Source: Candidatus Pacearchaeota archaeon
GTDB taxonomy: Archaea > Nanobdellota > Nanobdellia > Pacearchaeales > GW2011-AR1
NCBI GenBank assembly: GCA_041649295.1
Contig: JBAZNI010000001.1
Coordinates: forward strand, 288,115-352,114
Direction: 5' to 3'
Length of the DNA: 64,000 bases
The notes beneath the pieces were generated by a model. It had not been told where the DNA came from, did no database searches, and saw nothing but the letters and a program-made list of their open reading frames with translations. This document shows positions 50,211 through 58,712 of this stretch, one piece after another; the stretch's first letter is position 1; the number at the start of each line of letters is the position of its first letter. A program made the position numbers and the translations under genes.

Positions 50211-51272
50211 ATGCAATATAAAGATATTGATGTAAGAAAAGAGATTCTTAGAAAGTTTTTAAAAAATAATCCTAATGCGACTTATAAGCAAATAAAAAGG
50301 GAAATTCATACCAAAGTTGAAAAAGTGTACACTGGCGGGATGAAAGATGCATTTAAAGATGCAGGTATTAAAAATCCAAGGAATTTTGAGAGAAAGAATA
50401 GAGAGGAAAGAGAAAAAATTATAATTAATTATATAAAGAAACATCCCGGAGTTGGGGCACATACAATTGCAAAGGATACAAAAATAAATCCATCTAGTAT
50501 TTTTAATAGTATAAGAGAGGCTTATGTGTTTGCAGGGATTACATACCCTCGGATAAGAATTAATAAATCAAAAACAGAAAAAAAGAAACAAATAATGTTT
50601 TTGGTTAAAAATAACCCTTTAATAACTGCTAGAGAAATAAAAGAATTAAGCGGAATAAATTTATATAAAGTATTTAAAAACTTTAATGAAGTTTACAAGG
50701 AGTTAGAAATAAAAGATATTTGCAATAAAAATAAAGAAAGAATTAAAAAGCAAAACCAAGTAATTGAATTTATTAAAAATAATCCTAGAGCAACACAAAG
50801 AGAGATAAATCGCACTTGTAAGACACATGTTCAAGAACTATTTAATGGTGGGATATTTGAAGCTTATAAAAATGCACAGATTCTTTTTCCATATGAGAGA
50901 TTAAAAATCTATGGTATTGGAATTAAATCTGTAAGGGAGGATTCAAAAAGATTTGAAGATGAAATTGCCTTAAAATTATCTGGCTATGGCAATGTTAATA
51001 GACTGGTAAGAATAAAGAAGGGTGTTGCAGATATAGTCTTCGAAAGAAAAGATAAAAAAGCAATTGTAGAGGTAAAAAATTATTTAAAAAAAGAGGTTTC
51101 TTTTTCACAGATTAACCAGTTAAACAGTTATTTAAATGATTTTAACTGCAATCTTGGGTTGCTTATATGCAATGTTAAGCCAAAGAAGGATAAGTTTATA
51201 ATTGGTAAAAATAGAATATTTGTGTTAGATAAAGACGAACTTGACAGAGTGCCTTATTTAATGGAACTGTAG
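50211..51272 (+). CDS. Four tandem HTH-like modules fused to a C-terminal PD-(D/E)XK (Mrr-cat-like) nuclease domain
   Basis: The modules begin LKNNPNATYKQIKREI.., IKKHPGVGAHTIAKDT.., VKNNPLITAREIKELS.. and IKNNPRATQREINRTC... The C-terminus is FEDEIALKL..GVADIVFERKDKKAIVEVKNY. Confidence 0.5.
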   Translation: MQYKDIDVRKEILRKFLKNNPNATYKQIKREIHTKVEKVYTGGMKDAFKDAGIKNPRNFERKNREEREKIIINYIKKHPGVGAHTIAKDTKINPSSIFNSIREAYVFAGITYPRIRINKSKTEKKKQIMFLVKNNPLITAREIKELSGINLYKVFKNFNEVYKELEIKDICNKNKERIKKQNQVIEFIKNNPRATQREINRTCKTHVQELFNGGIFEAYKNAQILFPYERLKIYGIGIKSVREDSKRFEDEIALKLSGYGNVNRLVRIKKGVADIVFERKDKKAIVEVKNYLKKEVSFSQINQLNSYLNDFNCNLGLLICNVKPKKDKFIIGKNRIFVLDKDELDRVPYLMEL

Positions 51273-51334
51273 TTTAATGGTTAGAATTTTGGTCTCCAGA
51301 ACCAACGATGGGGGTTCGATTCCCTCCAGTTCCA
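51263..51334 (+). tRNA. tRNA-Trp (CCA), no intron
   Basis: Acceptor GGAACTG/CAGTTCC, anticodon stem TTGGT/ACCAA with loop CUCCAGA, and T arm GGGGG-TTCGATT-CCCTC. The 5' 10 nt overlap the preceding CDS end. Confidence 0.85.
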
Positions 51335-51342
51335 TGTTCTAA

Positions 51343-51367
51343 AGGGGTTCGATTCCTCCTAGGCCCA
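51343..51367 (+). pseudogene. Orphan tRNA fragment (T arm plus 3' acceptor strand)
   Basis: AGGGG-TTCGATT-CCTCC-TAGGCCC-A lies 8 nt after tRNA-Trp. Its acceptor sequence differs from every tRNA in the window. Confidence 0.6.
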
Positions 51368-51524
51368 TTTAATCTTTATTTACTTAACCCCTACAGATAA
51401 AATTAAAAAGAGGGGAGATTATAGTTTTATATGAAAAATCATATTTTCAAAGTTCTAATCTGGAATCGTAGTGAGCGTTACAGATAATTTAAATATAAAC
51501 TTCTAATCTATTTAAGAGGTGCTT

Positions 51525-52940
51525 ATGGATGAAATTATTAATAACCAAATTGAAGAAAAAAAACAAAAGACTTTAAAATATTCTATTCAGGAAGGCAGTG
51601 CAACAGCAGTTATGTCTGGAGCAGGTGAAGCTTATATAACCCCTTTTGCCCTTGCCTTAAATGCTTCAAATGCTCAAGTTGGTTTTTTATCCAGTTTTGT
51701 AGGGTTATTTGGGGCATCTGCACAGATAATTGGAAGTAAATTAGTTTATCGATACAAGCGAAAAAAACTCATAGTTTTATTTGTTGCATTACAAGCAACA
51801 ATTTGGCTGTTACTTGCTTTGCTTGGAATTTTAGCATGGAAAGGGATTATTAACGGAGTTGCAGCTTCTATTCTTATTTTAATTTATAGTTTATATTCTA
51901 TCCTTGGCAATTTTGCAGGTCCTCCTTATTTCTCTTTGATGGGGGACTTAGTTCCTGAAAAAAAGCGTGGTGCTTATTTTTCAAGGAAAAGCAAGATAGT
52001 TGGGGCAGTTGCCCTTGTTGTGACTTTTTTTTCAGCACTTTTCCTTGACTATTCAAAACAAGCAGGATTGTTAATGCTGGGATTTATTACTTTATTTATT
52101 CTTTCTTCTGCAGGAAGATATATTTCTACTTTTTTATTTACAAAACATTATGAACCAGAATCAAAAATGGAAAAAGGATCTTACTTTAGCTTTTGGCAGT
52201 TTATTAAAAAAGCTCCACATAATAACTATGGCAAATTTGTGTTTTATATAGCCTTTATTAATTTTGCAGTTAATTTTTCAGGACCCTTTTTTGCAGTTTA
52301 TATGCTTAAAGATTTGAGTTTTAACTACCTTACTTTTACATTAGTTAATATTGCAGGAAGCTTGTTTACAATAATCTTCCTGCCTTTATGGGGCAAGATA
52401 GGGGATATTTATGGTAATAAAAAACTGTTGGCTGTATGCAGTGTTATAATTACTATAAATCCAATTTTATGGTTGCTTTCACCAAATCCACTATATCTTA
52501 TATTTTTTGTCCAATTAGTTTCTGGTTTGGGCTGGGCAGGATTTAATTTAGGGGCATCCAATTTTATCTATGATGCTGTTACTCCTCAAAGGAGGGCTAT
52601 TTGTGTTGCCTATCACACTTTTATAAGCGGAATCGGTGTTTTCTTAGGAGCATCTTTAGGAGGATTGTTTGCCCAGTATATAGGGTTAAAGTTTATAAAC
52701 ATTTTTTTGCTGATATTTCTTATTTCAGGAATATTAAGAGGAATTGCTTCTTTGATATTTATTCCTATGATTAAAGAAGTTAGGAAAACTCCGCCTCCAA
52801 GTGAAAAATTGAGTTTTATAACTTACCTTACACTTATAACTCCTCATGCATTTTATACTGCATTCAGAGGAATTAGAAATAATCTAAGCTTTATTTCAGA
52901 ATCAAAAGCAGGAAAGGAAAAAATACCAGAGTTAATGTGA
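51525..52940 (+). CDS. MFS transporter
   Basis: About 12 predicted TM helices and a G.L.DR.G+K-like loop (GDLVPEKKRG). Confidence 0.7.
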   Translation: MDEIINNQIEEKKQKTLKYSIQEGSATAVMSGAGEAYITPFALALNASNAQVGFLSSFVGLFGASAQIIGSKLVYRYKRKKLIVLFVALQATIWLLLALLGILAWKGIINGVAASILILIYSLYSILGNFAGPPYFSLMGDLVPEKKRGAYFSRKSKIVGAVALVVTFFSALFLDYSKQAGLLMLGFITLFILSSAGRYISTFLFTKHYEPESKMEKGSYFSFWQFIKKAPHNNYGKFVFYIAFINFAVNFSGPFFAVYMLKDLSFNYLTFTLVNIAGSLFTIIFLPLWGKIGDIYGNKKLLAVCSVIITINPILWLLSPNPLYLIFFVQLVSGLGWAGFNLGASNFIYDAVTPQRRAICVAYHTFISGIGVFLGASLGGLFAQYIGLKFINIFLLIFLISGILRGIASLIFIPMIKEVRKTPPPSEKLSFITYLTLITPHAFYTAFRGIRNNLSFISESKAGKEKIPELM

Positions 52941-52992
52941 AAAAACTTGTGTAAACAAATGTATCCTAAAGCATCCAAATAAAAAGAGCACT

Positions 52993-53994
52993 TTAAGATA
53001 GCTCGTTTGCAACGAATGGTTTCGAGCCCAATTTAATTATGTTAATTTTAACAAAAGAGTCTTTATTAGTCTTTTCTCTTTCTAAAGCTTCTTTATATCC
53101 TAATGAAATTTTTGTTAGATTAGTTATACCCTCCTCAGTTAATACCTCGGGATCAATATATCTAAATTTTTTCTTCAATTCTATTCCTTCTTTAGACTCT
53201 TCTATTTTAAATCCATTTTTTAACATATCTAATTGCTCTAAAATTTCTTGGTTTTTGCTGTTTTCTAATAAGTTTATAATAAATTGGTCTGTTTTCATTA
53301 AGTCCTCTTTTGAGATTAATTTAGAATCTATAGCCTTCCTTAAAATTTGAGCTAAAATATAATATCTGGCTCTTGCATCATTTCCTGCCCAATGCTCTTT
53401 TTGTAATCTTAAATATTCATTTGCAAAGGATTCAGCAGATTGTTTAGTCTCAAATACCATTTGTCCATTAATATTCTTTAAGTTAGTTACACATAATTTA
53501 ACTAAGTCGTCCTTTCCTAAATCCTTAAGTTCTCTAATTGTATAATCAAATCTATCTACACACAAACTCGGAGCATGTTTTTCTAAAAGAGAAAATGATT
53601 CTACATTAGCAACATCTTTGTAATTAAATCCATATTTTTTAAGTATATTAGGAACATCAGAATTTTCAATTATATTTAGATGATTATTATCTTGGTAATC
53701 CTCTTTTGTTGGGTCTCCTAAAACCCAATCAACTACATGAGAAAAAGCAGTGTGAGAAATATCATGTAAAAGTCCTGCTATTTGTTCTTCTATGTCCGCA
53801 TCTAATTTTCTTAATAATATCATCACTCCAATTGAATGTTCAAATCTTGAAAAAACAATTCTGTGATAGTAGTCTTGAGGTAATCCTTGTTGAGAAATAC
53901 CCTTTAATCTTTGTAATGTTTTTGAATTAATTAAATCTATTAACACAGGTTCATTAATTTCTTCTTCACCATAAACTTTATCTTTTATTAGCAT
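52993..53994 (-). CDS. HD-domain phosphohydrolase
   Basis: SRFEHSIGV ... GLLHDISHTAFSH. Confidence 0.7.
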   Translation of the reverse strand: MLIKDKVYGEEEINEPVLIDLINSKTLQRLKGISQQGLPQDYYHRIVFSRFEHSIGVMILLRKLDADIEEQIAGLLHDISHTAFSHVVDWVLGDPTKEDYQDNNHLNIIENSDVPNILKKYGFNYKDVANVESFSLLEKHAPSLCVDRFDYTIRELKDLGKDDLVKLCVTNLKNINGQMVFETKQSAESFANEYLRLQKEHWAGNDARARYYILAQILRKAIDSKLISKEDLMKTDQFIINLLENSKNQEILEQLDMLKNGFKIEESKEGIELKKKFRYIDPEVLTEEGITNLTKISLGYKEALEREKTNKDSFVKINIIKLGSKPFVANELS

Positions 53995-54036
53995 AACTAT
54001 TAGCTCTTTTCATATTATAAAAACTTAATTATAATA

Positions 54037-54077
54037 TGGTCCCACGAGGAGTTGAACCTCGGAATACTCGGTGTAAA
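54037..54077 (-). pseudogene. Orphan tRNA 3' half (anticodon loop to discriminator); split-tRNA half or integration scar
   Basis: On the minus strand it reads TTTACAC-CGAGT-ATTC-CGAGG-TTCAACT-CCTCG-TGGGACC-A. No matching 5' half is present in the window. Confidence 0.55.
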
Positions 54078-54156
54078 CACTAGGATATGTTTTTGGGTAA
54101 GAAAATTAAACACATTTACTTTTTGAGTACAAATTGATTTTAGAATCACAAAAAAT

Positions 54157-54483
54157 TTAATCCTGAATTGTTCTATCGTGTGGTCTAGGGAATCTTTCTT
54201 TTCTGCGTCTTAAAACTTCATATCCTAATATTCCTTCACTAACCTCTCCAAAATTAAGTAATAAATTAACTCCTTTTAAACTTTCTGGCCATACCCCCTC
54301 TCCATAAGAGCCCACTAATCTTCCGTTATATTTATTATTTCCGCTTCCTCTTTCTTGTACAAGAGTAAAGTATCCTACTGATTCATGTGAGGGATTATTT
54401 CCTAAAAGATTATGGACAATTCTTACTAAATCTCCTTCTCTAACATCTTCTTTAAATCCTGATACTGGCTTTAATTTTCCCAT
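54157..54483 (-). CDS. Hypothetical protein (108 aa)
   Basis: The ATG at 54483 (MGKLKPV) is preferred. The ORF-track start at 54591 is a TTG. Confidence 0.4.
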   Translation of the reverse strand: MGKLKPVSGFKEDVREGDLVRIVHNLLGNNPSHESVGYFTLVQERGSGNNKYNGRLVGSYGEGVWPESLKGVNLLLNFGEVSEGILGYEVLRRRKERFPRPHDRTIQD

Positions 54484-54677
54484 TTTAATACTACATTTTT
54501 CCAGTTTTTTAAATCTTTCTATTGTTGTAATTATATAGTAATTAATTACTCTAAATTTCATATGATAAAATGTGTTTAAAACTTTAGTCAAAAAACATAT
54601 CTACTTTGTGTAAACAAGTATAACATTATTGTTCTTTTTTCATTAAACAGTTTTTGTCATACGCGTTTTGACACCTT

Positions 54678-55319
54678 TTACAACTCTCCTTTCCATTCTT
54701 TTAGGAACCTTTCAACATACTCTTTTACATATTGGTATCTTTCTTTGGCAATTTTTTTAGCTTCTTTGGTATTAAAACTTTCAGGGGTTATTCTAAAAAT
54801 CTTCCTATAAAAACCATGAATTGTTGATGTATAAAAATTAACAGAACTATCATTTAAGGGTATATTTGGATTAAATAGCGGTCTTTGTATTTCTCCACTT
54901 GTGCAAAACATTCTTGCAATGGTTATTGCACCTAATGCATCAAGCCTATCTGCATCTTGAAGAATTTCAGCTTCAATAGTTTCAGCCTTCATATTTTTAC
55001 TATGACGATGAACTTTAATAGCATAAATAACTAATTTTATTTTGTCATCTGGAAAACCCATTTCTTTTAATATTTCTTCAGCCATTTTAGCGCCATGTCC
55101 TGCATGACACTCAATTTCTTTGTTATGTTCTTTTAATCTAGCTACATCATGAAGCAAACATGCGGTTTTTAACACATCTAAATCAACTTTCTTATTTTTT
55201 GATAATTTTAATGCTAAATTATAAACTCTTTCAGTATGGTCAAAGGCGTGACTTCCACCTTTAATAAAATAAGGCTGTATCTTTTCTTTTAATTTTATAT
55301 AAAAATTTTCATCAATCAT
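54678..55319 (-). CDS. HD-domain phosphohydrolase
   Basis: HAFDHTERV ... LLHDVAR ... HRH. Confidence 0.7.
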   Translation of the reverse strand: MIDENFYIKLKEKIQPYFIKGGSHAFDHTERVYNLALKLSKNKKVDLDVLKTACLLHDVARLKEHNKEIECHAGHGAKMAEEILKEMGFPDDKIKLVIYAIKVHRHSKNMKAETIEAEILQDADRLDALGAITIARMFCTSGEIQRPLFNPNIPLNDSSVNFYTSTIHGFYRKIFRITPESFNTKEAKKIAKERYQYVKEYVERFLKEWKGEL

Positions 55320-55351
55320 GTAATCAACATATACATTTCAATTTATAAACA

Positions 55352-55392
55352 TGAGCCCACGCGGGATCGAACCGCGGACCGGTCGGTGTAAA
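55352..55392 (-). pseudogene. Orphan tRNA 3' half (anticodon loop to discriminator); split-tRNA half or integration scar
   Basis: On the minus strand it reads TTTACAC-CGACC-GGTC-CGCGG-TTCGATC-CCGCG-TGGGCTC-A. No matching 5' half is present in the window. Confidence 0.55.
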
Positions 55393-55479
55393 CAAGTATA
55401 ACATCATTGCTATTTATCACTCTATCCCATATCATATTAATCGGATAAACTTTAATAAACATAAGGAGCAATTAGTTTT

Positions 55480-56043
55480 ATGCCCAGAAATCATTTTTTG
55501 TTCAGAAAAGAAAACCAGCTTAAAAAATCAGATAAAAGTATCAAACAAAACTGGGATGAAAAAATAATTTCCCTCTGCAGTTTAATAAACAAAAGAAAAG
55601 AGTATTATACTACATCATCCTGTTCAGGAAGAGTTTTACTGCTTAAACAAAGCAAGGAGAAAAGAGATGATTTATTTATTAAAGTTTGGCATGACAAAAT
55701 AAATTTTGATGAATTAAAAAATGAGTTAAATAAAATAAAAACAAAAGAACTAGTTTATTTTAAGCAGGAACCTTGTATCCTGCATGTTTCTTGTTCTAGT
55801 TTAGAAAAAGCTCAGGAAATTCATGATTTGGCAAAATTAGCTGGATGGAAAAGATGCGGGATAATAGCAACTAAAAAAAGGATTGTTGTTGAGTTAAACG
55901 CAACTGAAAAGCTTGAATTCCCAATTTTTTATAAAGGAAGGGTATTAGTTGATGATAATTTCCTGAAATTAGTTGTAAGTGAAGCAAATAAAAAATTAGG
56001 GAGTTCGTGGGGAAAAATTATAAATCTAGAAAAAGGATTATAA
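55480..56043 (+). CDS. taw3: tRNA wyosine-derivative methyltransferase Taw3/TYW3-like
   Basis: YYTTSSCSGRVLLL motif; length about 190 aa. Confidence 0.7.
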   Translation: MPRNHFLFRKENQLKKSDKSIKQNWDEKIISLCSLINKRKEYYTTSSCSGRVLLLKQSKEKRDDLFIKVWHDKINFDELKNELNKIKTKELVYFKQEPCILHVSCSSLEKAQEIHDLAKLAGWKRCGIIATKKRIVVELNATEKLEFPIFYKGRVLVDDNFLKLVVSEANKKLGSSWGKIINLEKGL

Positions 56044-56067
56044 ACTTAGCACCCATTTCTGCCATAT

Positions 56068-56727
56068 TTATGTTTTAACCCCATTACACCATTCGCAGCA
56101 TTGTTTTGGGCAGGTTGATTCAAGAAGAACCAGTGCATTGTTAAATAATTTTTCAGCATTGTCAATATCAACAGATATTTTTTTTAAAGTTGTATCAAAA
56201 ATCACTTCGCCAGTTTCCAAAACCTCTTTAGGAACATAAAACAGCAAAAAAGCATAATCTTCTGTTTCATAACCATTTTTTCTTAAAAGAAAATTGTAAA
56301 AATTAAGCTGGTCTCGATAGTGCTCATGGGTATCTTCTTTGCAAGGGTATCCGCGGGTTTTATAGTCAAGAACAATTAATTTATCATTAACACTATTAAC
56401 CAACATATTATCAATCCCGCCATGCAGGATGTTCCCATTATCGTCCTTAAACCATAAACCTTTTCTAGAGTTTCTCCATTCTTCCAAGAGTTCTTTATTA
56501 TCAAATAATTTAAGATTCTTACATTCTGAATTGCCACATATCTCTGGTGGGAGTTTGCCATTTTTCATGAATTTGTCAAAGTGTTTTTTTAGAATGCCAT
56601 CCATTCCAGATGGAAGCGAGGGGAATATCCCATTTGGTCTCTTCCAAACATCGTGTTCTGATAGCCAAAAACATCTCGGGCACTCCTTCATTAAACTAAT
56701 TGATGATGGAGATAATTTGTAACCCAT
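56068..56727 (-). CDS. Cas4/RecB-like PD-(D/E)XK nuclease with Cys cluster (stand-alone)
   Basis: N-terminal CPRC, GIDNML..LIVLDYKT, QLNFY, and C-terminal CPKQCCEWC. Confidence 0.6.
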   Translation of the reverse strand: MGYKLSPSSISLMKECPRCFWLSEHDVWKRPNGIFPSLPSGMDGILKKHFDKFMKNGKLPPEICGNSECKNLKLFDNKELLEEWRNSRKGLWFKDDNGNILHGGIDNMLVNSVNDKLIVLDYKTRGYPCKEDTHEHYRDQLNFYNFLLRKNGYETEDYAFLLFYVPKEVLETGEVIFDTTLKKISVDIDNAEKLFNNALVLLESTCPKQCCEWCNGVKT

Positions 56728-56775
56728 GTAATAATAAATTATTTAAGGTATAAAAAAGTAACTATCACAGCATAA

Positions 56776-57534
56776 TCATATCTTGAGTACCTCTCTGTCT
56801 TTTCTCACAAGATGTTCTTGATACTCTGGATTAAAATCCAATAATTCATGATATGCTTCTAAAACATATCCAGGAATATTGTCTGGCTGAGGGGCCATAT
56901 AATTAAACCCATATTTTTCTTCAGAATATACTATCATTCTTTGAAAATCTCCTAACATATCTGCAATTAGTTGAACCTGGCTCATCTGCCCCTGAAATCC
57001 TCTTTGATGATACTTTTCAAAAGCAACTTCTGGGCAAACCATTATTGGAGTTATTTCTGGCCATTGCTTTCTAACAGTTGCCAAATCTCTTCTTAATGAA
57101 GAGGGCATATGAGAAAAAATAACTAATTCAGGAGAGACTCCTCTTTCAAATAATTTTTCTTTTGCAGAACCTATATTTTCTCCTGTATTTTTTGATTCTT
57201 TTTCTAGTAGAATATGCTGGTCTTCTCTTGAAACCCCCATTTTTAATGCAACATCATACCCCATTTCTGCTTCTGTCACCGCATCAAGATCACGCCTTCT
57301 TTTATCAAAATTCCTTCCTCCCTGTCCTCCTGTAAACACTAAATAAGGCGCCCATTTATCTTTATACAATTCAACAGCTCTTTCAGCAGGCAACAAATCA
57401 ATAGATGCTAACCATACTATTGCATCTGCTTTTTGAAGTTTATTCCAAGACTGATCACCGATTTTTGAGTAATCCCAAATAATTTCAGCTAAATTTAATT
57501 CTCTTTCAGTTGGCTGATAAACTCTTTTTAGCAT
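56776..57534 (-). CDS. DUF218/YdcF-like protein (paralog of 11452-12216)
   Basis: ADAIVWLASIDLLPAERAVEL..FTGGQGG..EAEMGYDVALKMGVS..LLEKESKNTGEN. The ATG at 57534 is preferred. Confidence 0.65.
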   Translation of the reverse strand: MLKRVYQPTERELNLAEIIWDYSKIGDQSWNKLQKADAIVWLASIDLLPAERAVELYKDKWAPYLVFTGGQGGRNFDKRRRDLDAVTEAEMGYDVALKMGVSREDQHILLEKESKNTGENIGSAKEKLFERGVSPELVIFSHMPSSLRRDLATVRKQWPEITPIMVCPEVAFEKYHQRGFQGQMSQVQLIADMLGDFQRMIVYSEEKYGFNYMAPQPDNIPGYVLEAYHELLDFNPEYQEHLVRKDREVLKI

Positions 57535-57583
57535 TTTAAATAGTAAAATAAAAGAGAACAAACTCTATTTAAAGATTTGGGTT

Positions 57584-58615
57584 CTAAAATCTCCTTGTGC
57601 TGAATATCTGCTCTTTTGAGTGTTCTATTTCTTTTTTAACAAGTTCAGAGTCTCTGTTTTTAAGCAGTATTTTTAATTCAGAGTCCCTTGATTCTAAAAA
57701 TATATCAAGTGTTTTGAAATGATTTATCAGCTGTGAAACTTCTTTATCTGTTAATTTAAGAGAAGATGCAAATCTGTATCCTCTTGTAGGAATATTCTCC
57801 TCAAGAGAGCGGGCGAACATCAATTTTGCAATTATATCTAAATCAATAAGATTTTCAAAATTAAATGTAGATAATAATGTTTTTGATTTTTTCAAAGGTA
57901 AATCACTATAATCTCTTAGTATATTGTCTTCTATTTTTTCAACACCCCTTATCAATTCTTTGTATCTTAAACTTATGATTGTCCCAACATTTCCAAGCTC
58001 TGTAAAATATCTTTTAATCATTTCTGCTATTCTAAGAACGGTTTCCGCTCTTTGTATCACCTTACAGACATCTCCGACAGTTGCCCGGCCAGTTATTTCA
58101 AGATAATCTAACTCTTTTATCACTTTATCAAAAAGCTCTCTTTGTTTTTCCAGTAATTGTAAATTGCTTGTTACTTCATTTAAAAGAGTTGCTGTTGATT
58201 TAAGGAAATATTTTGTATTTGGAAGGTATAATGTTGTCTTATTTTTCCTTTCTGAAACTGTGATAACACAAGTATTTGCTTGTTTTGCTGTTCTTTCTCC
58301 TGCTTTATGCCTTGTTCCTGTTTCTGTTGTTTCTATTGTTGGGTCTGGTGTAAGCAAAACATTTGCATAAAGAATCTTTTTCAAATCTGGAGAGATGACT
58401 ACTGCTCCATCGAGTTTGCATAATTCAAACAATTTATTTGGTGAAAAAGGGCAGTTTACTTTGAATCCGCCGTCTATAAGACTTTCAAGTTCAATACTAT
58501 GAAAAACTATTAGTGCCCCCATATTAGAAGTTATTAAATCATCAATTGCGGTTCTTAGCGGATTTCCCGGAGATACTTTTTTTAAGTAGTCGGTAATTGT
58601 CTCTTTTTCAGCCAT
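57584..58615 (-). CDS. disA: DisA-type diadenylate cyclase (DAC domain + linker + C-terminal HhH-like region)
   Basis: GALIVF, DGAVVISPD, and TGTRHKAGERTAKQANTCVITVSERKNKTTLY. Confidence 0.75.
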   Translation of the reverse strand: MAEKETITDYLKKVSPGNPLRTAIDDLITSNMGALIVFHSIELESLIDGGFKVNCPFSPNKLFELCKLDGAVVISPDLKKILYANVLLTPDPTIETTETGTRHKAGERTAKQANTCVITVSERKNKTTLYLPNTKYFLKSTATLLNEVTSNLQLLEKQRELFDKVIKELDYLEITGRATVGDVCKVIQRAETVLRIAEMIKRYFTELGNVGTIISLRYKELIRGVEKIEDNILRDYSDLPLKKSKTLLSTFNFENLIDLDIIAKLMFARSLEENIPTRGYRFASSLKLTDKEVSQLINHFKTLDIFLESRDSELKILLKNRDSELVKKEIEHSKEQIFSTRRF

Positions 58616-58712
58616 TAATAAAATTTACATCTATACTTTAAATATTTTGTTAGAGTAGAGTTATTTTACAATTATAAGATACTTTTAACTTTTAAAATTT
58701 TAAAAACACTAA

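Noticed and set aside
54484-54591. N-terminal extension of ORF 54157-54591 (TTG start)
   Set aside because: The extension has a non-ATG start and an I/Y/T-rich AT-spacer-like translation. The internal ATG at 54483 gives a compact protein.
55352-55392. Reading the fragment on the plus strand as a tRNA-Tyr 5' half (GGTCG-GTGTAAA gives a GUA anticodon)
   Set aside because: The hairpin that would have to be the D arm has loop GATCGAA with no GG and a 5-bp stem. On the minus strand it is a canonical T arm (TTCGATC) followed by a 7-nt acceptor strand and discriminator.
37941-55408. The shared 9-mer ACAAGTATA between the tRNA-Val exon1/intron junction and the GTGTAAACAAGTATAAC motif, considered as evidence for trans-splicing with the orphan halves
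   Set aside because: A 9-nt AT-rich match is near chance expectation in 128 kb of two-strand sequence. In addition, the implied pairing does not build a bulge-helix-bulge with the 3' halves.
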